Shown: positions 16,681 to 25,261, numbered from the stretch's first letter. The stretch is 64,000 nucleotides of DNA from an uncultured Planctomycetales bacterium (GCA_964645795.1 CAZYCL010000003.1:17163-81162); one strand, 5' to 3'. Notes: generated by a model not told the origin, from the letters alone. Made by a program: numbers and translations.

Positions 16681-18484
16681 GGTTGTATTCGGGCTGGCGG
16701 TTGAGGGCCCTTTTGATTACCGGGTTTCGCCCCAGGAGTTTTTACGGGCGCAAGCAGGCATGAGGGTGCTGGTTGAGTTCGGCAGGAAAAAGACCGTCGG
16801 TTTTATAGCGGGACTGGCAAGAAAAAGCAGCGTAAAGAAGGTCAAGCCGGTTATCAAGATACTTGATGAGCGGCCAGTATTAAGCGGGGAGCTGTTGTTG
16901 CTTGCCCGCAGGCTTTCCGGGCATTATTGCTCTAGCCTCGGAGAGGCTATAGAGGCGATGCTTCCGGCGAAACTGCGCAGTTTCAGGGCTTCAGTAAATC
17001 TGCCGGCTTGCTCATGCAAAAACCCCATTAAAGGCGATACCGAGAAAATCCTTCTGCATGACCTTGACGGCGGTTTGCGCCGCGATTATTATCTGGGCAA
17101 GATCGGCGAATGCCTTAAACAGGGTAGGTCTGCGATACTCATCCTGCCGGATATATCCCTGTTGCATGAGCTGCAGCGGTTGGCCCGAGAAAAGCTTAAT
17201 ATCGAGCCGCACGTTCTTTATCGCAATCAAAAGCAGGAGCTCGAAGAATGGTTGGGCGTTTACGGTAAGAGCGGTCAGCTCGTTATCGGCACGCGTTCCG
17301 CGGTATTCGCACCCGTTTTAAACCTGGGGTTGGTGGTCATCGATTACGAGGATGACCCGGTCTATAAACAGGAACAGGTCCCGCATTATCATGCGCGTAG
17401 CGCAGCCCTGGAGCGCTGCGGCATAGAAGGGGCAGGCCTCATCCTTGCCGGCTGCTCCCCGTCGATCGATAGCTACTACCTTAGCGAAAAAGGCGAGTTT
17501 TTGTACCTGCCGCTTACCAGGGCCGACAAGGGGCCGCTAGTCAAGCTTGTTTTTGCCGGCAAGCAGATAATATCCCGTCTTCTGCAGGATGGCATATCGA
17601 GCGCGCTTTCCAGCGGAAAGAGCGCGCTCTTGTTCATTAACCGCAAGGGTTTCGCCAGCTTCGCTTTATGCAATAATTGCCATAAGGCGCTGGTCTGCCA
17701 GCGTTGCAGCTCCAATCTGGTATACGATTACGCAGGGCAGAGGCTTTACTGCCGCCATTGTAATTTCAGCATTGAGCCGCCTAAGGTCTGTCCGTTTTGC
17801 TCAAGCGGCTACGTTATATATAAAGGCTCAGGCACGCAAAAGGTGGAGAGTGAGGTATCAAGGCTTTTTCCTGCCGCCAAAGTATTTCGCGCGGATTCAA
17901 GAGCGGCCCTGGACTTTGACGTCCCCGGAATTTACGTAACCACAAGCCTTATTACGAAGCTCACCTCGCAAAAATTTGATCTTGTCGGCGTGTTGACGAT
18001 TGACAATGAATTAAATCTCCCGGAGCTGCGGGCTACAGAGGCGGTTTTCAACACCATCTTAAAGCTCAAATGCCTTGCCCAGAGCCTGCTTATCATCCAG
18101 ACCGCCTCGTCCCAGAATCGCGCCTTTCAGGCGCTTCTTGCCAATGACCCGCCTTTGTTTTACCGGCAGGAGCTAAAAGACAGGCAAGAGCTGGGCTTTC
18201 CGCCATATTCTCGCTTTGCCAAGATCAGGGTAAGAGGCAAGGATGAGGAAAGGGTCCGGGTTTGCGCAAAAGACCTGCACGAAAGGCTTAACGCGAAAAA
18301 ACATAAAGATGTCAAGCTTCGTTCGTTGATGAAAGCCGCCGTCTACAAGCTGCGCGGTAATTTTTATTGGGAGATTATCGTCAGTTCTCCCAAGAGCCAA
18401 AGCTTATCTTGCTTTATTAAAAGACACTTAAAAGAATTCAAGCGTTCGGGTATAATAGTAACTGTGGATGTAGACCCCATATGA
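16667..18484 (+). CDS. priA: Primosomal protein N' (PriA) homologue with degenerate ATPase motifs
   Basis: N-terminal 3'-DNA-binding domain MPYVKVVFGLAVEGPFDYRVSPQEF.... Cys-rich region CNNCHKALVCQRCSSNLVYDYAGQRLYCRHCNFSIEPPKVCPFCSS. C-terminal ...VDVDPI. At the positions of Walker A (GSGKT), DEEH, motif V and QxxGRxGR it carries DLDGGLRRDYY, DYEDD, TTSLITKLT and ILKLKCLAQ. Start moved to the ATG at 16667 (MPYVKV); the track ORF began at 16646. Confidence 0.8.
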   Translation: MPYVKVVFGLAVEGPFDYRVSPQEFLRAQAGMRVLVEFGRKKTVGFIAGLARKSSVKKVKPVIKILDERPVLSGELLLLARRLSGHYCSSLGEAIEAMLPAKLRSFRASVNLPACSCKNPIKGDTEKILLHDLDGGLRRDYYLGKIGECLKQGRSAILILPDISLLHELQRLAREKLNIEPHVLYRNQKQELEEWLGVYGKSGQLVIGTRSAVFAPVLNLGLVVIDYEDDPVYKQEQVPHYHARSAALERCGIEGAGLILAGCSPSIDSYYLSEKGEFLYLPLTRADKGPLVKLVFAGKQIISRLLQDGISSALSSGKSALLFINRKGFASFALCNNCHKALVCQRCSSNLVYDYAGQRLYCRHCNFSIEPPKVCPFCSSGYVIYKGSGTQKVESEVSRLFPAAKVFRADSRAALDFDVPGIYVTTSLITKLTSQKFDLVGVLTIDNELNLPELRATEAVFNTILKLKCLAQSLLIIQTASSQNRAFQALLANDPPLFYRQELKDRQELGFPPYSRFAKIRVRGKDEERVRVCAKDLHERLNAKKHKDVKLRSLMKAAVYKLRGNFYWEIIVSSPKSQSLSCFIKRHLKEFKRSGIIVTVDVDPI

Positions 18485-19419
18485 AAATCGTTTTTTTTGG
18501 AAGCTCGATATTCGCCGTCCCCTGCCTTAGGCAGCTGGTAAAGTGCGGCTACGATATAGGCTGCGTAGTAACCCAGCCTGATAAGAAATGCGGCAGGGGC
18601 CTGCCCCTTTGTTGCACTTCGGTAAAAGATGCGGCAATCGGCGAACGCTTGACTGTTTTTCAGCCTGATGACGTCAATTCGGATGCATCGGTTGCCCGGC
18701 TTAAAAAGGAAGGGGCAGAGCTGTTTGTGGTCATCGCTTACGGGCAGATCCTTTCCGGGGCCGTACTAGGTATGCCTTCGTATGGCGCGGTAAACGTGCA
18801 CGCGTCGTATTTACCCAGATACCGCGGTGCGGCTCCCATCAACTGGGCCATCATTAACGGTGAAACGAAGACCGGAATCTCGGTCATCAGGATGACGCTT
18901 AAACTTGACGCCGGCCAGATAATCAGCCAGGAAGAAGTGCGGATTGAGGAGGCGGATAATGCCGTCAGCCTTGAAGACAGGCTTGCCCGCCTTTCGCCGC
19001 CCATACTTATTAGGTCCCTGGAGAGCATCAAAAACGGCGACTGCAGGGCGAGCACCCAGGATGAGGCGCAGGTTACATACGCGCCGAAGCTGAAGAAATC
19101 GGACGGAAGAATATCTTGGAACAAGACTGCCGCAGAAGTCCACCGTCTGATAAGGGGTTGTCTGGGCTGGCCGGGGGCCTTTACAACTTATAAAGGAAAG
19201 ATCCTCAAGCTTTATAAGGCCAGCATTACGACTTGCGCCGACTCCCACCTTTTTTCCCAACCCGGCCAGATAGCAGGGGTTGCCAAGGATAGGATCGTGG
19301 TCGGCTGCGGCAAGGATAATCTTAGCATCGAAGAACTGCAGCTTGAAGGCGGCAGGTTGCTTAAGGCCAAAGAATTCCTTGCTGGGCATAAGATTAAGCC
19401 GGGAGAAAGGTTCGTCTAA
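18481..19419 (+). CDS. fmt: Methionyl-tRNA formyltransferase
   Basis: MKIVFFGSSIFAVPCL..., ...NVHASYLPRYRGAAPINWAIINGE... N-formyltransferase motifs. C-terminal domain present. Confidence 0.9.
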   Translation: MKIVFFGSSIFAVPCLRQLVKCGYDIGCVVTQPDKKCGRGLPLCCTSVKDAAIGERLTVFQPDDVNSDASVARLKKEGAELFVVIAYGQILSGAVLGMPSYGAVNVHASYLPRYRGAAPINWAIINGETKTGISVIRMTLKLDAGQIISQEEVRIEEADNAVSLEDRLARLSPPILIRSLESIKNGDCRASTQDEAQVTYAPKLKKSDGRISWNKTAAEVHRLIRGCLGWPGAFTTYKGKILKLYKASITTCADSHLFSQPGQIAGVAKDRIVVGCGKDNLSIEELQLEGGRLLKAKEFLAGHKIKPGERFV

Positions 19420-19420
19420 T

Positions 19421-19500
19421 ACAGTTAGCCAGTTTGCCAATTTGCCAGTTCATTAAGCTGTTCAACTGGCCAACTGGCTCAACTGGCAAACTTTATACAG
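19421..19500. repeat. Imperfect palindrome: three TGCCA(G/A)TT units facing three AACTGGC units, bounded by ATACAG ... TATACAG
   Basis: Read directly at 19427-19450 (agccagtttgccaatttgccagtt) and 19464-19492 (aactggccaactggctcaactggcaaact). No downstream T-tract. Confidence 0.7.
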
Positions 19501-19518
19501 CTATTTGAATTAAACCCA

Positions 19519-19547
19519 TTTACATTCGCCTCAATGTGTGTTAATAT
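19519..19547 (+). promoter_or_regulatory. Candidate sigma70-type promoter for the galT pair (TTTACA, 17-nt spacer, TAATAT)
   Basis: TTTACA at 19519-19524 and TAATAT at 19542-19547, 37 nt upstream of the ATG at 19584. Confidence 0.4.
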
Positions 19548-19583
19548 TTAATCTTCACAGCTGCAGCCAAAACTAAAAGACAT

Positions 19584-20609
19584 ATGCCAGAGCTAAGGAA
19601 AGATCCTACTATCGGCAGATGGGTCATAATCGCCACTGAGCGTGCCAAGAGGCCGGATAACTTCGTCTCCAAGCCTCAGGAAGATGACGCGCAGGCACCC
19701 TGCCCGTTTTGCGAAGGAAGCGAGTCGCATACCCCTGCGGAGATCTACGCCATCAGGACCAAAAACACGCAAGCAAACTCCCCGGGATGGGACGTGAGGG
19801 TCGTCCCCAGTATCGCTCCGTTTTTGAAGATCGAAGGCGATATTGAGCGCAAGGGCAAAGGTCTTTTTGATACCATGAACGGCCTCGGGGCTCATGAGAT
19901 AATCGTTGAGACTAACCAGCATATCGCCAATATGGCGGACCTGAGCGCCGAGCAGATATCCAAAGTCATTACCTGCTATATAAACCGGATCAATGACCTG
20001 GAGAAGGACAAGCGGTTTAAGTACGTCATGGTCTTTAAGAATTACGGCTGGGTTGCCGGAGCCGGGCGCCTGCTGCACTCCCGCAGCCAGCTTATCGCCA
20101 CCCCGGTAAATCCCAAGCGCGTCAAAGAAGAGTTGGTCGGCGCGCGCCACTACTACGAGTATCACGAGCGCTGCCTTTTCTGCGACATTATCAGGCAGGA
20201 GCTGCAGTCCAAAGACAGGGTGATACTTGATGTAGACGGCTTCATTGCCATCTCGCCTTTTGCCGCGAGGTTCCCTTTTGAAGTGTGGGTCCTGCCTAAG
20301 AAGCACTCCTGCGATTTCACCGCCATGGACATGGAGTCTCGCCTTAACCTGGGGATGATTTTGAAGCAGGTGCTTTCCAAACTGAAAATAGCCCTCAACG
20401 ACCCTCCGTATAACTATGTTTTGCACACAGCGCCTTTTCGCAGGGAGAAGGCAGGTTACTGGAAGAGTATAGACCTGGATTACCACTGGCATATCGAGAT
20501 CATGCCGAGGCTCACGCGCGTGGCGGGTTTTGAGTGGGGAACGGGTTTTTATATCTGTCCTCTGCCCCCGGAGGAAGCGGCGAAGTTTTTGAGAGAGGTG
20601 CAGGTTTAA
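19584..20609 (+). CDS. GalT-like hexose-1-phosphate nucleotidyltransferase paralogue (HIT branch III), lacking the nucleophilic His
   Basis: MPELRKDPTIGRWVIIATERAKRP... and zinc CPFCEG. Where the active-site HPHxQ should sit it has LHSRSQ. Immediately followed by a canonical paralogue. Confidence 0.75.
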   Translation: MPELRKDPTIGRWVIIATERAKRPDNFVSKPQEDDAQAPCPFCEGSESHTPAEIYAIRTKNTQANSPGWDVRVVPSIAPFLKIEGDIERKGKGLFDTMNGLGAHEIIVETNQHIANMADLSAEQISKVITCYINRINDLEKDKRFKYVMVFKNYGWVAGAGRLLHSRSQLIATPVNPKRVKEELVGARHYYEYHERCLFCDIIRQELQSKDRVILDVDGFIAISPFAARFPFEVWVLPKKHSCDFTAMDMESRLNLGMILKQVLSKLKIALNDPPYNYVLHTAPFRREKAGYWKSIDLDYHWHIEIMPRLTRVAGFEWGTGFYICPLPPEEAAKFLREVQV

Positions 20610-20610
20610 T

Positions 20611-21609
20611 ATGTCAGAGCTTAGAAGAGACCCTATAGGCGGAAGGTGGGTAATCGTTGAAAACGAACACCCCAGCGAGCCTTCGGATTTCGAATACGAA
20701 CCCAACGTCTTTAAGGGCGGGGTATGCCCTTTCTGTTACGGTAATGAGGCGATGACTCCCAGCGAAATAGAGTCTGTGCGGGACCCTCACACCGCTCCCA
20801 ACACCCCGGGTTGGCAGGTAAGGGTAGTGCCTAATAAGTTCCCGGCATTACAGATCGAGGGCGATTTGGACCGCAGGCCTCTGGGGATGTACGATATGTC
20901 CAACGGTATCGGCGCGCACGAAGTACTGATCGATACGCCATATCATGAGAAGGATTTTCCGGACATGACTAACGCTGAGATAGAGAACGCTATCTCCATG
21001 TATTGCCGCAGGGTGCTGGATCTTTCCCGGGACAAGAGGTTTAAGTATATAATGCTCTTTAAGAATTACGGCGCTGCCGCGGGGGCGTCCTTGGAGCATC
21101 CGCATACGCAGATCATCGCCCTGCCCATGGTGCCCAAGAACGTTATGGAGGAGTTAAAGGGGGCGCAGGATTACTTTGAGTACCGCGAGCGCTGTATTTT
21201 CTGCGACCTGATGCGCCAGGAAGAGCAGGACAAGGAGAGGGTGATTCTGGAAAACAACTACTTTGTCTCCCTGTGCCCTTTTGTCTCGCGCTTTCCTTTC
21301 GAGACCTGGATAATCCCCAAGAAGCACAACGGTTACTTCTGCCACATGTCACCGGATGAGATCCCTGCTCTGGCGGCCATCCTTAAAGATACTCTGATCA
21401 GGATGAAAAAACTATTTGCAAACGTATCATATAATTTTATAATACATTCTTCACCGATCAATACTGATGGCGGCAGCGATTGGTACCATTGGCACATAGA
21501 GTTTATGCCGAAACTCACCCGTGTCGCCGGTTTTGAATGGGGGACGGGTTTTTACATAGTTACGACCCCGCCTGAAGTTGCCGCGAAGTATCTGAGGGAA
21601 GCGCAATAG
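20611..21609 (+). CDS. galT: Galactose-1-phosphate uridylyltransferase-like enzyme (canonical HPH motif)
   Basis: MSELRRDPIGGRWVIVENEHPSEP..., zinc CPFCYG, active site ...SLEHPHTQIIALP..., downstream HWHIEFMP. Confidence 0.8.
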   Translation: MSELRRDPIGGRWVIVENEHPSEPSDFEYEPNVFKGGVCPFCYGNEAMTPSEIESVRDPHTAPNTPGWQVRVVPNKFPALQIEGDLDRRPLGMYDMSNGIGAHEVLIDTPYHEKDFPDMTNAEIENAISMYCRRVLDLSRDKRFKYIMLFKNYGAAAGASLEHPHTQIIALPMVPKNVMEELKGAQDYFEYRERCIFCDLMRQEEQDKERVILENNYFVSLCPFVSRFPFETWIIPKKHNGYFCHMSPDEIPALAAILKDTLIRMKKLFANVSYNFIIHSSPINTDGGSDWYHWHIEFMPKLTRVAGFEWGTGFYIVTTPPEVAAKYLREAQ

Positions 21610-21679
21610 TTAACTAATAATAAACAACATGACAGCCCGCGCAATGAAGGGTGCCTGGTGTTAATAAGAGTCAGCTAGC

Positions 21680-21828
21680 GCTAATAGACACCCGGCGCTA
21701 ATAGGTACCTGGCGCTAATAGGAGTTGCGCCAGTATGCGCTTGGTAGCGCAGAGTTGCGTTGGTGTTGTCTTGGTAGACATGACACCCAACGCTAATAGG
21801 AGTTGCGTTGGTGTTGTCTTGGTAGACA
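21680..21828. repeat. Direct-repeat array upstream of gap: GCTAATAG at 21680, 21697, 21714 (exact 17-bp period) and 21792; 29-bp duplication GAGTTGCGTTGGTGTTGTCTTGGTAGACA at 21752-21780 and 21800-21828
   Basis: Read directly. The second 29-bp copy ends 3 nt before the gap RBS AAGGAGG. Confidence 0.8.
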
Positions 21829-21839
21829 AAGGAGGAGAA

Positions 21840-22889
21840 ATGGCAGTAAAAATAGGCATCAACGGTTTTGGGAGGATCGGCAGGCTTGTTGCAAGGGCGA
21901 TCCTGGAGAAGAAGAACGCTGATTTGGAACTGGTGGCGGTCAATGACCTCACCGATGCCAAAACCAACGCGCATCTTTTAAAATATGATTCCGTGCACGG
22001 ACAGCTTCACGGCGATATCAAGGCTTCGGGCGAGGATATCCTGGTCAACGGCAAGGCGATCAAGGTGCTTGCCAAGAAGGACCCCTGTGAGCTCCCCTGG
22101 AAGGACCTCGGGGTTCAGATAGTCGTCGAGTCGACAGGGTTGTTTACGGTCAAGAAGGACGGCGTGAACAAGAAAGGCAGGGAGGTAAAGGGCGCGGAAA
22201 ACCACATTATCAAGGGCGGCGCCAAAAAGGTCATAATCTCGGCTCCCGCAGAGGGAGAGGATATTACCATCGTGCTGGGGGTCAATGAAGATAAGTATGA
22301 CCCGAAGAACCACCATGTCATCTCCAATGCTTCCTGCACGACAAATTGCCTTGCCCCGGTTGCCAAGGTCCTTCAGGATAAATGGGGCATAGAAAAAGGC
22401 CTTATGACGACCATTCATTCCTATACCAACGATCAGAAAGTCCAGGACATGGCGCATTCAGACCTTCGGCGCGCAAGGGCCGCGGCAATATCCATGATAC
22501 CAACATCTACCGGTGCGGCCAAAGCCATATCTCTTGTCATCCCTGAGCTTAAAGGCAAGCTCGACGGTTTTGCTATCCGCGTTCCTACTCCCAATGTTTC
22601 GCTGGTGGACCTTACCGTATCGTTGGCCAAAAAGGCAAGCGTTGATGAGATCAATGCCGCATTGAAAGAGGCAGCCGGCTCAAGAATGAAGGGTATCCTT
22701 GGTTTTACCATGGATCCCGTGGTTTCCGTGGATTTCAACCACTGCGAATTAAGCTCGATCGTTGACGGAGCCAGCACCAAGGTAATACAGGACAACTTTG
22801 TCAAGGTCCTTTCCTGGTACGATAATGAGTGGGGATACTCCAACAGGGTGGTGGACCTGGTGCAGATGATGGCCAAGATGGGATTATAA
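21840..22889 (+). CDS. gap: Glyceraldehyde-3-phosphate dehydrogenase
   Basis: [15 protein letters not shown]..., ...[12 protein letters not shown]... catalytic Cys region. Start moved to the ATG at 21840, which follows AAGGAGG. The longer track ORF from 21735 runs through the repeat array. Confidence 0.95.
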   Translation: MAVKIGINGFGRIGRLVARAILEKKNADLELVAVNDLTDAKTNAHLLKYDSVHGQLHGDIKASGEDILVNGKAIKVLAKKDPCELPWKDLGVQIVVESTGLFTVKKDGVNKKGREVKGAENHIIKGGAKKVIISAPAEGEDITIVLGVNEDKYDPKNHHVISNASCTTNCLAPVAKVLQDKWGIEKGLMTTIHSYTNDQKVQDMAHSDLRRARAAAISMIPTSTGAAKAISLVIPELKGKLDGFAIRVPTPNVSLVDLTVSLAKKASVDEINAALKEAAGSRMKGILGFTMDPVVSVDFNHCELSSIVDGASTKVIQDNFVKVLSWYDNEWGYSNRVVDLVQMMAKMGL

Positions 22890-22923
22890 GCTTAAAAGAC
22901 AGCTGTAATCCGCCAAGACAAAA

Positions 22924-22956
22924 GGCTGCCTGCGTTTGCGGAGGCGGCCTTTTTGT
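22924..22956 (+). terminator. Candidate rho-independent terminator/attenuator downstream of gap
   Basis: GGCTGCCT (22924-22931), 10-nt loop, AGGCGGCC (22942-22949), then TTTTTGTT. Only 5 nt separate it from the next start codon. Confidence 0.5.
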
Positions 22957-22960
22957 TATT

Positions 22961-25261
22961 ATGACAAACGCCTTAATCTTTTTCATAGGCCTGGGCGGTA
23001 TTGCCGCTCAGGTGCTGATACTAAGGGAGCTTATGGTCGGCTTCCTCGGTAACGAGCTGACTCTCGGGGCGCTGCTTGCCTCATGGCTGTTTTCAGAGGC
23101 CGTGGGGGTCTTGATCGCGGGCCGCTTAGTCAACAACAAGAACAAGTTTTCATTGTTTTTACTATTTCAGGCGCTCTTCTGCTTTAGCCTTCCCGCCTCC
23201 ATCTACTTTTCCCGCGTTTTCAAATTCATTCTGGGCATGCCTGTCGGCCAGGGGCTGGGGTTGCCGATGGTTTACCTGGTCTCGATATCGGCCTACTTCT
23301 TGGTCGGATTTTCTCACGGGGCTCTTTTCCCTCTGGGCTGCGAGTTGACAAAGGGGCCAGGCGCTGCGCATGAGAAGGTCGGCGCAAGGGTCAATTTCTG
23401 GGAGGTAGCCGGCTCAGTGGCGGGAGGCGTCATCGTTACTTTTCTTTTTATCGGACGGCTTAACAGTTTTCAGAGCGCATTTATCATAATCATATTGAAC
23501 CTTGCCATGACCTTGCTTTTCCTGAAAAACTCAGGCAGTAAGAGCAGGTTCCTGGCGGTGATATTCTTTTCGGCGGCATCCATATTGGCTCTTATTGGCT
23601 TGGCGCAGGTGCTTCAGCGCAGCTCAGCCGTCAAGCAATATCCTCAGGGCAGGCTTCTGGATTACTCGGACTCCGCCTACGCCAATATTGCGGTGGTGGA
23701 GAGGGAGGGGCAGGTCAGCTTTTTCTACAACGGCCTGCCTGCGGTCATCACGCCTCATCCCGACACGGAGTTTGTAGAGAACATGAGCCATCTGCCGGTC
23801 CTTTTTTCTCCCGCGCCGGATAATATCCTGCTTATAGGTTCTGGTCCAGGCGGCTTGATAGGCGAGCTTTTAAAGCATCCCGTAAAGAAGATCACCTACG
23901 TAGAAATGGACCGGCTGCTGGTGGACAAGATTGCCGAGTTTGCAGTTGGCTTGGCTGACGCGGAGCTAGCGGATCCCAGGGTCCATTGCGTTTTCACCGA
24001 TGCCAGGATGCATTTAAGAAGCTCTGCTGACAAATACGATCTGGCGCTGATATCCCTGCCCGGGCCCGTGGATCTTACCTTGAACAGGTATTACACCAGG
24101 GAGTTCTTCTCTCTTTTAAAGTCCAGGCTCAGCGGACCAGGGGTGCTTGCCTTGAGCCTGGAGGGCACTCTCGATTATATGGGCCAGGAGCTTCGCGACC
24201 TGAACGCCACAGTGCTGCGGTCTTTACGGGCCAATTTTGCCAATGTCAGGGTAATTCCGGGGTATTTTAATATCATGCTTGCCTCCGGCATTACGGAGCT
24301 GGACAAGCTGGATCATGGCGAGATTTATGGCCGCTGGCATTCTTCAGGGGTCAGGGCCAAGATGTTGACCCCTGATTACATTGCTTACCGGTTGGGCCAG
24401 GAGAGGTTCTGGCGGCATAAGGAGCAATTGGCTGGCTCAGGCGTCAAAGAGAACACCGATATGCACCCGCTGGCTACTTTTATAGAGCTTAAGTATTGGA
24501 ACAAAAAATTCTCTCCTGGGCTGGCATGGCTTTTGGAGGCGGCCGGCAGGATCAGCATTAAATCGATCCTTTACTTTATTGCCGCGATCAGCGCCGGGCT
24601 TGGAGTGTTGGTGTTTAAGTCCGGCTCCAAAGGTAAGGTTTTGGCAGCTGGTTACTGCATTTTTACTTCCGGCGCGTTCGGGATGGCTTCAAACCTGATC
24701 CTGCTGTTTACTTTTCAAGTCGTATACGCCAGCCTCTATTATTTGATAGGATTGCTGACCGCTGTTTTTATGCTGGGGATAGCCATCGGGGCAGCCTTAG
24801 GATACAAGCGCATTAGGCGCATTACGGCTTTCTCTTTGATCAATACGGAGCTGTTGATGATATTGTTTTGTATCTTGATGGCCGGGTTTGTCTTTGGGGC
24901 GCAGGATTTAGGCGCCACGCTGCCGGCTATTTTCGGATTCATGTTCGTTTGCGCCGGTTTCTTTACTGGCTTTGAGTTTTCTCTGGCGTCCAGGTACTGT
25001 TCGGCGCTGTATGGGGAGGGCGTGAAAATCCCCGCCTTCCTGTATGCCTGCGATATTGCCGGAGGTTGTCTGGCCGGGGTATTGGCAGCGGCAGTAATTT
25101 TGCCTTTGCTGGGGCTGGTGCAGACGTCTCTGGCAGTAGCGTTATTTAAAGCAGCCAGCCTCCTGCTGCTTGCTATTTTTTCTTTGACAAAGCCGGTTAA
25201 ATATTATATATTATCTACTCTTAAACTCAACAGGAGGCTGCATGCCCAAACTGACAATTAA
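22961..25261 (+). CDS. Fused polytopic-membrane / spermidine-synthase-like (aminopropyltransferase fold) protein
   Basis: 766 aa. N-terminal TM helices (MTNALIFFIGLGGIAAQVLILREL...). Central ...ILLIGSGPGGLIGELLKHP.VKKITYVEMDRLLVDKIAEF...DARMHL...KYDLALISLPGPVD... resembles the SpeE methyltransferase-like fold. A further C-terminal TM block follows. Start taken at the ATG at 22961 rather than 22829, which overlaps gap. Confidence 0.6.
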   Translation: MTNALIFFIGLGGIAAQVLILRELMVGFLGNELTLGALLASWLFSEAVGVLIAGRLVNNKNKFSLFLLFQALFCFSLPASIYFSRVFKFILGMPVGQGLGLPMVYLVSISAYFLVGFSHGALFPLGCELTKGPGAAHEKVGARVNFWEVAGSVAGGVIVTFLFIGRLNSFQSAFIIIILNLAMTLLFLKNSGSKSRFLAVIFFSAASILALIGLAQVLQRSSAVKQYPQGRLLDYSDSAYANIAVVEREGQVSFFYNGLPAVITPHPDTEFVENMSHLPVLFSPAPDNILLIGSGPGGLIGELLKHPVKKITYVEMDRLLVDKIAEFAVGLADAELADPRVHCVFTDARMHLRSSADKYDLALISLPGPVDLTLNRYYTREFFSLLKSRLSGPGVLALSLEGTLDYMGQELRDLNATVLRSLRANFANVRVIPGYFNIMLASGITELDKLDHGEIYGRWHSSGVRAKMLTPDYIAYRLGQERFWRHKEQLAGSGVKENTDMHPLATFIELKYWNKKFSPGLAWLLEAAGRISIKSILYFIAAISAGLGVLVFKSGSKGKVLAAGYCIFTSGAFGMASNLILLFTFQVVYASLYYLIGLLTAVFMLGIAIGAALGYKRIRRITAFSLINTELLMILFCILMAGFVFGAQDLGATLPAIFGFMFVCAGFFTGFEFSLASRYCSALYGEGVKIPAFLYACDIAGGCLAGVLAAAVILPLLGLVQTSLAVALFKAASLLLLAIFSLTKPVKYYILSTLKLNRRLHAQTDN

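Noticed and set aside
19593-20705. 370-aa minus-strand ORF covering the whole first galT paralogue
   Set aside because: It is antisense to a well-supported conserved gene and its translation matches no family I recognise. This is a typical shadow ORF in a GC-balanced coding region.
21677-21830. Possible mini CRISPR array (regularly spaced GCGCTAATAG repeats)
   Set aside because: The repeat unit is only 8-10 bp with a 17-bp period, far shorter than CRISPR repeats or spacers. No cas genes are present. I keep it as a regulatory repeat finding instead.
22829-22960. 132-nt N-terminal extension of the membrane/spermidine-synthase-like ORF overlapping the 3' end of gap
   Set aside because: The extension is out of frame with gap, runs through the terminator-like hairpin, and has a Gly/Pro-rich translation. 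The ATG at 22961 starts the hydrophobic N-terminus.
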